Shown: in pieces, positions 11,917-22,080 of the stretch
Layout of the letters: each line of letters starts with the position of its first letter
Numbering within the stretch: position 1 is the stretch's first letter
Source of the DNA: Vicugna vicugna
Taxonomy: Eukaryota
NCBI GenBank assembly: GCA_013265495.1
Contig: MU057711.1
Location: 2,492,844-2,556,843, forward strand
Length of the DNA: 64,000 nt
Direction: 5' to 3'
Made by a program: the position numbers and the translations under genes
Notes under the pieces: generated by a model
Databases searched by the model: none
Told to the model about the DNA's origin: nothing
What the model saw: the letters and a program-made list of their open reading frames with translations, nothing else

Positions 11917-12904
11917 GAGGCTCAGTGCAAGCTCCTTCCCTTCCTCTACAGAAAACTCTAAGACACCCCAGTAACTAAGAATGATGTTCACAGCACATCC
12001 AACGTGCTCTGAAATGTGGTGTCCCAGAATGTCACATGGGCCCTTAATTCAAAAACGAGTCCTTGGATGGAACTGTACGGAAGAGCCTATGCCTTGACTT
12101 TACAGGATGAAATGTGGCGAGTGTGAGGGCCTCTCGGGAAGGATGAGCCCAAGCTGGGCTTGGGGGGGGGGCAGCGGGACGAACCGTGGGCAGACTTGGC
12201 CGTTACCCCATCACTCTGGGGGACCCTGGAAGAGTCACTGAGCCTCTCCGGGTCTTGGTGACTTCTTCTGTGACATCCCTTCTTCTTCCCTGCTCTTCCT
12301 CCTGCCTCCCACCTGCACTTCAGCAGGGCTTTGTGAGAGCAAGTCATATTAACAGCATCAACCACGAACAATTTCTTGAGCACTTGCTAAGTGTCAGGCA
12401 CTTCACAGAGCACTCTCTGTGAGTTATGTCACTGCCTCCTCTGAATGGCTTCTCTTGTTACATCCATCTAAGAGCGGCCCGGATTGGTTAGAGAACCCGC
12501 TCAAGTAACACGAGGTGGAGGCAAGGCTGGTGGGTTGAATCATTTGTCATAAAAGATGCAGATGGTCGCCTCTTCAACAGGGCAGTGAGGAGCTGGCCAT
12601 ACCGACCGTGCTGGACCCCGATATTTTTTAGCTTGGGGCTGGAGCCTGCCCCCTTCTGCCTTGAGGACAAGAAAGCCCCCTCTGGCCCCCTTCAGGGTTT
12701 GTTGTGAAGTCTGGCTGCCCTCCCTGTCACTGTGCCGGCGGTGGGGAGCTTTCATTCAAGTGGAATTTAGCCGAGGACTTTTGTAGCACTTCATTTACAT
12801 GTATGCCAACAAGCTGAAATGTGCAGCAACCTTGGAACACTTTCAAAGGCAGGAATAATTCCTCTGAAATAGGTCTTCCGAAAGCTTTATCTTGTCCTTT
12901 CTTT

Positions 12905-13080
12905 CTTGGTTAATCTTGGAGCCCCTTAGCATGTCAAAGCAATTTTTCTAATGTCACATCTCCTAGACATTAGCATGAAAGGGCTTTAAGAGATGATTTG
13001 AGAAAGAATAAATGTTGAATGAGCATTTATTATAGAGTCGTTTGTGCTACATTTGCATTTTGACTCTATTTCTGCCAGGC
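12905..13080. repeat. Double-hairpin element, probably ancient repeat MER135
   Basis: Inverted repeats AATAAATG 13007-13014 / CATTTATT 13024-13031 and ATAGAGTC 13032-13039 / GACTCTAT 13062-13069 are seen directly. The family name is from memory of the consensus only. Confidence 0.5.
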
Positions 13081-13394
13081 GGGCTGGAGAAGCAAGCTGA
13101 TTTGAAAGTCAATGGTGCCTAAACAGGGGATGCTACAACTGTTTACACTCAGCTGTTTCCTCGACACGTTAATTTATAGAAAGATGATTTCATTAGGCCG
13201 ATGCTTCTTGGGGAATGAGATTAAGCAAGGTTGTGCGTCTTAACACGGAGATGGAATTCCCATCAGGAACTAACCCCGTAGTCAGGAGGCCGTGGAGCAA
13301 AAGTAAGGGCAGCTCATTCTAAGTCCGAATTTCTTTCTGTGCACCTCTTAAATTAATTAGTGGTGTCTTGTCTCCTTCAGAAACCTGGACCAAA

Positions 13395-13620
13395 GGGCAT
13401 AATGTGCAGTGGTTAGAGCCCAGCCAGTGAGCAGGGCTGCCTGGGTACAGTCTGACCCAGGCAGAGTGATGTTAACCTTTTTCTTCATCTGTACCATGGC
13501 CATAATACCTGTCTGCATCTCCTAGGGTTGATATGAGGGTTAAATGAGGAAGAGATGGTGTCTAATATAGTGCCGGGCACACAGGAAATACCCAGAAAAC
13601 ATTAGATGGTTTTACTATTT
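13395..13620 (+). mobile_element. MIR SINE
   Basis: GGCATAATGTGCAGTGGTTAGAGC...CTTCATCTGTA...AGGGTTGATATGAGGGTTAAATGAG. Confidence 0.75.
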
Positions 13621-13798
13621 TTACTGATATTTTTCAGTTTTCAGAACTTGGTCAGAGTTCCATAGAAATGACCCTGGTTTGTGCCAAGTATGGACTTTCC
13701 CATCTCTGCACATGGAAGATCATTTTATGGGTTCTAACCATGGGCAGGTGGGTGTGACTGGGTTCTGGGGCTGATGGGCATCTTAGGGATTGCTTCAG

Positions 13799-13800
<2 letters not shown>

Positions 13801-13834
<34 letters not shown>

Positions 13835-13858
13835 TGTGTGTAAGAGAGAGGGAGAGAG
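13801..13858. repeat. (TG)15 plus (TG)n(GA)n compound microsatellite
   Basis: Direct reading. Confidence 0.95.
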
Positions 13859-13979
13859 ATCAGCTCAACACACCAGAGGCTCCCTGAAGCTTCAGTCCAC
13901 AGTCCCAGATCTTTCCAGGCTCTGGGTAAACTTCTGTCACTCCAATTCCTTGCAAGTTCCTCTCTGTGTTTGTTGCCCC

Positions 13980-14070
13980 ACTAGACTCTAAGCTCCTTGA
14001 GGTCAGGGACCGCCTTATTCTTTGCCAAAATCTGGCACTCAGCTGATGCTCAGTACCTTCGTGTTTAATC
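13980..14070 (+). mobile_element. L2 3' end
   Basis: CTAGACTCTAAGCTCCTTGAGGTCAGGGACC...CTGGCACTCAGCTGATGCTCAGTA. Confidence 0.6.
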
Positions 14071-14659
14071 AAGTCTGTGACTGTTGTTCGAACTTGGTTT
14101 TTTAATGGCATCTCACCTGTGTTCCAAGGCAACCTTAAGTGGGGGCCTAATCTGCGTGCAACGATGGGATGGGGGCCTGGAGCCTTGTCCCCCTGGGCAG
14201 GCCCTCTACTGCCCTTGCCCCCACCTCTTTGGAACCCAGGTGCAAGTCTCTTGCTGTAACTAGATCATCACCTTCATTTCATAGGTCAGGGGAGCTGAGA
14301 ATGCCCCTTGGTTATGCAGAAAGCCAGTGGGTTGAGCTAGGTCTGGTGTCCAGGCCTGAGGCCCTTGGTGGCCTGCAGGCCTCCTCTCAGCCCTGTCCCG
14401 TCTCTCCTGAGGGTCTGGGTTCTTTCTGGAATCATCCCTAAAGCCAGCCCCAAGGCCAGGTCTGCTTAACCCTGTTCTTGCTGTCATCCGTCGCCCCTCT
14501 CCCTGCCCTCTCCTACCCTCTGAGGTCCCAGTTCTGCCCTCACCCCTCTAACCCAGCAACACCCCCTGACTGGTCTTCTAACTGCCCCACCGGGCTGACA
14601 CTCAGGCCTCAAATAGAGCTCTTGCTTCCTCGTCCAGTTCCCTGATTTTTATAAAATAA

Positions 14660-14840
14660 CGACAACTACACCACTCTTTGAGCACCGACTGTGTGCCGGG
14701 TGCTGCCTGAGCCCCTTTTCATGCAGGCTGGACACCACCACTCCCATCTTGCAAATGATCGCCCAAGGTCACACAGCTTGGTAGCAGAGGCAGGATTTGA
14801 ACCCAGGTCCTGGCTGACTCTGAGGACTCCACTGTTGTCA
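14660..14840 (-). mobile_element. MIR SINE
   Basis: GCCCAAGGTCACACAGCTTGGTAGCAGAGGCAGGATTTGAACCCAGGTC. Confidence 0.75.
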
Positions 14841-15119
14841 CGTGGCCAGACTGCTTCCACATAAGCACCTCCTACCTTTCCTGTGGACCCTGAGCCGTTG
14901 GAAGGTGGAGTCTGCCCTGCTTGCTCCCCTCGGGGCGGAGAACATCACTAAGCTCCTCAATCCAGATTCACTGACCTGATTCAAGGAGGTGATTCTCTCA
15001 CCCTCCCCCTCATCGCCCAAAGAACCTAATCCCAGCCATTGCCTGGAGACACTGCACACAGTGTGTCTACGAAGAGAAACACAAGACCACAGGACAAATG
15101 TTGCTCAGTGTCCCACTGA

Positions 15120-15310
15120 GTCTGGCAGAGCTGGGTTCAAATCCCAACCCTGCCACTAACCAGCTGTGTGACTCTGGGCAAGTTGCTTGACCTCTCTGAG
15201 CCTCCATTTCCTTCTCCCTCAAATGAGGATAACAATAGACAAGTTGCTTCCCATCTCTGGGCTTCAGTTCCTTTTTTCTATAAAATTGAGTTTAGATAAT
15301 CTATTTCTAA
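15120..15310 (+). mobile_element. MIR SINE with tandem second core
   Basis: CTGGGTTCAAATCCCAACCCTGCCACTAACCAGCTGTGTGAC...; CAAGTTGCTT recurs at about 15180 and 15240. Confidence 0.75.
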
Positions 15311-15859
15311 ATCCCCATTTAGCTCAGCAGGTCTCAGACTCCCTGGGGCCAAGAGTGGGATTTTCCCCCTCTGCTTCCCTTGCAGAGGGGAAAGCAGTCC
15401 CACCCCGGCTCCCACCCCATGGAAAGCCCCAGCGGTCCTACAGCAGCCTGCAGCATGGGGTGAATCGTCCTTGTTCTGTAGAAAAAATAAGAGGGAAAGG
15501 TTGCCAATAGGGGCCACTTCAAAATATAATCATAAGGTTTGGGTTAGGAGGAGAGAGAGAAAGAGAGAGGGAGAGACAGAGAGAGAGAGAGAGAAGAAAA
15601 AAGCTCACTTCAAGGCCAGTTCCCCTCCCTGGGCTGGAAACCTGTGTGTGTGAGGATGAAGGGAACAGAGCAGAGGCAGAGGCTGGCCTTCTGATGGAGC
15701 ATGTGGTGCCCACTTTGAACGGTGGCCTTTGTGCCTGCCTATTCAGGGCAGCCTCAGGACAATGGGGGGCAGACACGCAGGGGAGGACAATGACAGGGAC
15801 ATCGCTGCCGCTTTGCATTCCCTTTGAAGTGTCTCTGCCCTGGCCCCCCCGACTGGCTC

Positions 15860-16050
15860 CAAAAAGAATGCTTTTGTTGCTTGCTCCAAAGATGCTGTAA
15901 GATGCTGTGGAAAAGTAACCGGAGGGGATCTGCTCGATTAAAAAAAATTCAAGATAAGAAACAAATCAAGCTGGCCACGTGGGGACCGGCGGTAGCTTTG
16001 AACACTGAGAAGAGAAGGACATCGCGATCTAACATTTTATCTCCCTAGGG
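15860..16050. promoter_or_regulatory. Candidate regulatory block
   Basis: Repeat-free and CpG-retaining; AGATAA, CCACGTGG, CTTTGAAC and TTATCT motifs. Confidence 0.3.
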
Positions 16051-16435
16051 GAAGTGACTAGCTTCTGGGGGGCCCTCTCAGTGGGAGCGGAGGCTTGGTG
16101 GGTGGGAGCTGGGGGCCAGGATGGGAATTCCTAGCCTGCTGGGGTCCCCCAGAAGGGTCTCCAAAGCTGGAACTAGGACTCTGAATGCTGAAGTTCACTC
16201 TAGTGCTGGTAGTTGAGCAGAAAAATGCTGGAGGCAGTATCAAAATAACAGTACTGTTTACTGAGTTAGTGTGTGCCAGGCATGGGGCTAAGTGCTTCCT
16301 TGACTGCCTATGTGGTTACCTTAAAAATGCTTCACTATTAATCATGTGATGAATGTGTGCACACAAGATGACTCTGGATCTTAGAGGTGGAGGTTAACAT
16401 CAGAACTACCTAAATCAGGACTCTACCTGGTTAGG

Positions 16436-16575
16436 TTCAGGGCTTCAGGGAGCAGGTGGAGCAGGTCGAGCACTTAGAAAGTTCCAGGAGGTGCCATTCA
16501 TACTATGGTTTTGTGATGGTACCTCCTGAAGTTGTGCAGTGCACAACCTGTGCATCTGTACATGGTCCCCTTGCC
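16436..16575. mobile_element. hAT MITE, MER91-like
   Basis: Palindrome GTTGTGCAGTGCACAAC 16531-16547 and GGAGGTGCCATTCA. Confidence 0.6.
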
Positions 16576-16849
16576 AGGGATAGTTCAGTAATATATGAAG
16601 GGTCCTCATCAGGAATCCACACCTTCAAAAATTGTTATCAAAGTCAACATCAAGAATTTGTTAATTAGCATGAGGGTTGTTAGGAGTAAATTTTTTTTTT
16701 AATACTGATGACATGAATGGAATTCAAGACAGGTGGTTGGTTGGAAAGGTTGAATGGGCCTCACTACCTGTGAAAAATGAGATGTATGGACCTGGGAAGC
16801 CCAGCAGTCTCAAACCAGCTTGGCACCACCTGGCTTGTTGCAAGTGCTC

Positions 16850-16960
16850 ATCAATTGGTATAATTATCTCCATTCTACTGCTGAGGAAGCTGAGGCTCAG
16901 AGAGGTAAAATAACTTGCCCAATCACACGCTGCTGGAAAATGCTGGTGCCAGATTCCATG
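16850..16960 (-). mobile_element. MIR SINE fragment
   Basis: TGAGGAAGCTGAGGCTCAGAGAGGTAAAATAACTTGCCC. Confidence 0.75.
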
Positions 16961-17319
16961 GCACTCTCGGGCTCTTGAACCCTGGCCTATCCTGACTCTG
17001 AGGGGGAGCTTCTTTCAACTGGGCAGTAACTTGGTCAAACCATGACTTGGTGAAAACCCTCTCAGGCCACATGTGCCAGGCCCCCTACCCAACAGCAGTA
17101 GGTACCCTGACCCTGAGCCACAGGTCCCTCAGACCTTTTGGCTCTGCCCTGAGCATCTGGGGAAATCTTCTTGCCTGCCATGCCCTGGGATGGCCCCCAG
17201 AGGCTCTTTTCCCAGAAAGTGTTCAAAGGGGTAGGGTCAAAGAAGATCTTGGATTGGTGGACAACCCACTGGGCCCTCCCATTTTTTAATCATTTCTGAG
17301 CACCTAGCCCCACTTGTAG

Positions 17320-17699
17320 GTGCTGTCAGGGGCCAGCACCTAGGGCTCTTCTTCGGAGGACTCCTAGGGGGTTCCAGCTCTTTTTGTCCACAGCACGAAG
17401 AGTCTAAAGTGCCTGGGAATTAACATGCCCCGCCTAGTACAGGCGTGTGAAAGCCCCCTTGACCCAGCTGGAACAATTCCAGGGTGTAACTCACCCTCCA
17501 GAGGCCCCCTACGGGATCAGGTTGAAGCTGCCCTCTTTGGTGCTTTGCCTGAGATCACACTGTGCTTGGTCCTGCTCTTCCCCACCCTGCTCCCCCCATT
17601 CCCCTGCCAGTGTCCCCTGAGAGCACTTCCTGAACACATCATATGTGTGCCTGAATCCTCACCTCGGGGTCTGCTCCTGGGGCTGTGGAGCTAAGGCAG
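17320..17699 (+). mobile_element. ERVL solo LTR (LTR16-like)
   Basis: GAGAGCACTTCCTGAA...GAATCCTCACCTCGGGGTCTGCTCCTGGGG...CTAAGGCA terminus. Confidence 0.7.
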
Positions 17700-17722
17700 C
17701 TGTACCCTCAAAAAGCCTACTT

Positions 17723-17858
17723 GGGGGGAGGGTAGAGCTCAAGTGGTAGAGCGTATGCTTGGCATGCACGAGGTCCTGCGTTCAATCCCCTCCATTGAAA
17801 AACTAACGAATAAATAAACCTAATTACTCCCCCCTCCAAAAAAAAAAAAAAAAAAAAA
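17723..17858 (+). mobile_element. tRNA-derived SINE, camelid vic-1 type
   Basis: GGGGGGAGGGTAGAGCTCAAGTGGTAGAGCGTATGCTTGGCATGCACGAGGTCCTGCGTTCAATCCCC, then AATAAATAAACCTAATTAC and a 21-nt pure A tail. Imperfect TSD AAAAAGCCTACTT / AAAAAGCCCATTC. Confidence 0.92.
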
Positions 17859-19444
17859 GCCCATTCGGCAGGAGAAGGCCCAGCATGAAGCTCTGCTCTA
17901 TCTTGCTTGGGGACCAAATTACCAAAGGAAGACTTCCTCTTCCCCTAGGGACTGAGAATGCAGCATGCGCTTGGAGAAAGTGGCGGGAAGCTGTGCACTC
18001 CGCTTCGAGGGACCACAGGAGGGCTCACTGCCTGGATTGCCTTCCCAGATCCTCTCACTCATGTTCTCAGGGGACCCCTCCATCTCCCGCAGCGAGTGAG
18101 TGCCTTTTGTCATGAGGCTATGGCTTAAACACAAAAGTCACTTCCTTTCCCTCAAAACAGCCACTAGGCATTTACTACAGGCCCTGTGCTTGGGACTTTT
18201 CCAAGTACCTCCTCTTCCAAGTTCCTTCTCACTGACCCACAGGTGGCCAAGGGGCCAAGAGAGACACAGAAGCCACATCAGGGACAGAGGCTGTGAGCTC
18301 TGCAGGAAGCAGAGGATGGAGAGGGGTACTGAAAGCCTGGGAAGGCCATGACCCCAGGGGTCCAGTGCTTTTCCTATCTGTCTGTCTGTCTGCCAGCCAG
18401 CGTCTCTAGGTAACCAGCCCCTTTCAGACTCCCTGACAACCCTGACTGCTCTGGCCTGCTGGCCTCCTGCACAGGCATCTCAGCCTCCATCCCTGGTGTT
18501 GCCTCTTTATGGCAGGTTGGCATGGGACGGCAGCCTGTGTCCGCCCTCGCCCCACTGCCCACTCACTCCTCCTGTGGGTGAAACTCTCGCTCTCAGGGTA
18601 CCTCTTTGCACCCTGGGGGCTGTAGCCCAGTACTTGAGTGGCCTACGTAGTCCAGACTCCCCACTGGGCAGAGCAAGGGCCTGAGAGGGACCCTCATCTG
18701 CTGGATCCAGGATGTGTGATATGCTAAGTGATGTGCCAGGCTCTGCAGGAGGAGAAAAGAGAGACACAGGGCCAGCTCCCTGCACCCTGGAGCATGGGGC
18801 CTGGTGGGTCCCAAGTAGCCAGGAGCTGGATGATAGTGGCCAGTAGGCTGAATTAGACTGGCAAGAACTCAACAGAGGGAGAGTAAGCCTGTTCTCAGGA
18901 GGTTAGGAGGGCTTCCAGGAGGAGGTACATGAACCAAGCTTTGATTCCTAGAGCCAGAGGGCTGTAAAGAGGATCAGGAAACCATTGCTGCCTTCTACTG
19001 GGCTCTTGCCCCACCCTGCCTGGCCTTGGGTTTAACCCACAACCCTGCAAAGAGGATCTTGGTTCTTGATGAGAAACTGAGGCACAGAGATGTTACACAA
19101 CCACACAACTGGTGACTGGTAGGGCCCAGGTGGGAGCTGGGAGTGGGGCGTGGCACACAGACCTTTCTAAGGAATAGATCACTGTTCATTCAGTGTGCTC
19201 TAGTGGGAGGGAGGCACCGTATGGGCTTAGGATGGGGACTTCCAGAGAGGGGAAGGCTTCGCAAAGGAGCCTTCATTTTTATATTGGGCTCTTGTAGGAT
19301 GAATAGGAGTTTGTTCAGGGCAGAGGGGGGCATTTCAGGCAGAGAGAACAAGAGCTAAAGCATGGACGTGGGAGAGAGAGAGCAAGGAGGAGCTGGTGCT
19401 TAGTTTAGGGGTGGCTGGGCAGTGGGGCTGGAGGGAGATATTGG

Positions 19445-19670
19445 GGACAGCACATACCACATAGTAGACACTCAAAAACTATTTATTGGATGAATGAGCA
19501 AATGAATGAATGAATTGTACTCCCAGGGTCTGCTAGGATACAGAAATTCAACAAATATTCGTTAAGTGAATGAATGAAGGAACCAACTGTATTTCCCTTG
19601 CCTAGCACGGTGCCTGGCACCCACCAGGCACTCAATACATATTTCCTGAATTAACGAATGAATTAATGAA
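19445..19670 (+). mobile_element. Three tandem L2 3' tails
   Basis: Three successive (C/T)TCAA..ATAT/CTAT-TT..(TGAA)n modules; the last has GCCTAGCACGGTGCCTGGCAC. Confidence 0.65.
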
Positions 19671-19724
19671 GTGGTGACGTAATGGAATTAGCCTGGGGAA
19701 GATGACTGCTGGGGCCTCCCAACT

Positions 19725-20060
19725 CGGACAGCCCGTGACTCTGCCATTCAATCCCCGCCGCCCCTGCCCCCATCGGTGCGCGCTCTAACGCGGAGCAGAT
19801 GGCGGGGGCGGCGCGGGCCGGGCGGGCAGGGCTCTGCGCCCAGGCGGCGGCAGCCGGGCCTGATTAGGGCCCCCTCCCGCTGGCGGCCGCTGGCGCTTTG
19901 AAGTGAGCCGCTGCCGGGCCGCTCCGGCCGCCTGGCCGTCCCTGCCGCCAGGCCGTCGGTCCGGGGCTGGCGGCGCGTGTTTATCCAGGTGCGGGCTGGG
20001 GGCTGGGCGCGGGGATCCTCTTTCCTCCAGGCCCATCTGGGACTTCAAAGCACAGAGCAG
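19725..20060. promoter_or_regulatory. Small CpG island, candidate promoter or enhancer
   Basis: Very GC-rich with dense CpG, GC boxes (GGGCGG/CCCGCC), CTTTGAAG, TGTTTAT, TGATTA; donor-like CAG|GTGCGG at 19986-19994. Confidence 0.75.
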
Positions 20061-20089
20061 GGCAACTGCTGTCCCCTGCCCGGAGAGAG

Positions 20090-20570
20090 CTTTACGGAGC
20101 GCCTACTGTGTGCCAGGCGCTGTGCACTACGGCTGCACGTGTAGGAGTTCCCTACATCCGTAGAGACAGGCTTTGCTATGATCTCCATTTTACAGGTGAG
20201 GAAACAGGCTCGGAAAGGCCAGTACCTCCACGGCCGCCCACCTGACGCTCAGGGCCTGTCTGCATCCCTGCCTTTAGGAGCAGCCCCCTTCCAGCTCGGT
20301 CTGAGGTTCGGCCCTCTCAGGTGTGGGCACAGTGGTTGCCGTTTATTATAAAAGCAGAGGCTGGCACATCCTGAGCCCCTACCATGTGCCAGGTGTGTGC
20401 CAGGCCTGTGCTAGTGTACCATCTGTTCACACCACCTTGTGAGGTAGGTGTGGCCATTGTTGCCCTCATTTCAGAGAGGTCAAGAAACTTGCCCAAAGCC
20501 ACACAGCTAATAAAATGCCAGAGCCAGGATTTGGACCTAGGGTCAGTTGACTCCAGAGTTCTCCCTCTGC
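20090..20570 (-). mobile_element. Two MIR SINEs (about 20090-20230 and 20375-20570)
   Basis: CTCCATTTTACAGGTGAGGAAACAGGCTC and CAGAGAGGTCAAGAAACTTGCCCAAAGCCACACAGCTA. Confidence 0.75.
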
Positions 20571-20689
20571 CCATCAGATTCTACCTACTTCCTCCCAGAA
20601 GCCCTCCCAGGTAGCATCAGCTTAGGGTTCTTTCTGGCAGCAGAACAGCCAATAGAATTTGGTTATTTACACTCTTGCTATATCTCATC

Positions 20690-20832
20690 TTGCTACTCAG
20701 CAAACACTGGCATCACTGGGGATCTTGTCTGAAGTGCAGAAGCTCAGGCCCACCCCAGGCCTACAGAATGAATTCTGTATTTTAAAAAATTCCCAGTGAA
20801 TTGGACATGCCGTAAAGTTTGAGGACCACTTG
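20690..20832. mobile_element. hAT-Charlie MITE, MER5-like
   Basis: GCATCACTGGGGATCTTG...CAGGCCCACCCCAGGCCTAC...AAAGTTTGAGGACCACT. Confidence 0.7.
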
Positions 20833-21464
20833 ACTCTAAGAACATTTTGGCTAAAAGTCTGCTATTGTGACTGTGTGAGAACCTGTCTTTAGGAAGCCCT
20901 ACCTCCCTCATCAGACTGGGAGTTCCTCAGGGCGAGCGCTGAGCCTTCTCCATCAGACCAGAAATGATTCCCTGGCAGTGGCTGCTATGCTTCTCTCAAC
21001 AGACAAGGATCTCTCCAAGGACAGGTGTTGGGCCTCCCCCACCAAACTGGGAACTTGGCAGAAGCTGAGATGGTTTTTGATTCCAGACCGGGAACTTGCC
21101 TGAAGCTTGTGGTCCCCATCTGACTGGGAGTCTCTGGGATCCCCTGTGAAACTTGGCTCTCTTTGGGCTTGGGAATCACTGGAGAGGAGAGGTGTTTGGT
21201 TCCACGCCTTCCCAGAGGATGGAGATGCCCAGGGCAAACGTATGCCTTCCCGGCCCAGGGTGTGCCTATCTGAGGGTCCTGGAGGGGTGCGGTACAGGAG
21301 AGGACAGATGCCAGCCACAGTGGGACTATGTGTGTTGCCTGACACCAGGCCTTCCTGGGCAAACATTTGTCCTTATGTGTCACCAAGGGACCATTCAGTC
21401 AGCAGGAAGCCTGGGAGGGCACAGAAGTGAGCCTGCTGGCAGCAGGGGGGTATTTTTAGAGCTT

Positions 21465-21925
21465 TGACTGACAGCCCTTTATTAAGCTGTCGCTGCCTCT
21501 GTCCTGGCCCCTAGTCCCTTCTGGCCGGGACGGAAAAGAAAGCACATTGTCATTTTGTTAAGAAGAGGGTCCTGATCGCCCTTCCCTGGTCCCTCGCCCA
21601 CTGGACAGGTTATTTCTCTCCGTGTCTGGGGTCCAGGCACCCCCACTGGCACTTCCCGAATGCCCCACAGCCTGACCCTTCACACATCTGGCAGTGATAA
21701 ATGGTGTCAGCGCCGCTGCCATCACCTCGCACCCTCTGATCCCGCTCACTTTGTTCTCCCTTTAAAGCCAGTGGGCGTAGGGGAGGGGGGTTCTCTCTCT
21801 CTCTCTTCCCCTTCTCCATCAGCCGTCTCCTGGATACTTGCAGGCCTGTGCTCTGATACCACTTGAAAGGGACCGCGACACTCAGTTATCTGGTCTGGGA
21901 AGTCCAGCTATGAGTTATCTGTGCT
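21465..21925. promoter_or_regulatory. Candidate developmental enhancer
   Basis: CATCTGGCA 21685-21693, TGATAAATGG 21695-21704, TGTCA 21705-21709, CCACTTGAA 21859-21867, TTATCT 21886-21891 and 21915-21920; CpGs retained. Confidence 0.4.
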
Positions 21926-21949
21926 GACTGGTGGAGTATGTGGGGCGAG

Positions 21950-22015
21950 AGTACATGCCTGTGCGTAAATGTATGTGTGTGCATGAGTTCTGTGTGCATG
22001 CCTGTGTGTGCCCAT

Positions 22016-22056
<41 letters not shown>

Positions 22057-22080
22057 CTGGAATGTGTTCATGTGTGTGCC
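21950..22080. repeat. TG-rich microsatellite with pure (GT)18 at 22017-22052
   Basis: Direct reading. Confidence 0.95.

Noticed and set aside
17723..17795. tRNA-like sequence (also near 1780-1850 and 23930-24000)
   Set aside because: These are SINE heads with tails and TSDs and lack a complete acceptor stem; they are not tRNA genes.
19785..20163. Ala/Arg/Pro/Gly-rich ORFs over the CpG island
   Set aside because: Expected from stop-codon scarcity in GC-rich DNA; starts are non-ATG and one ORF runs into a MIR.
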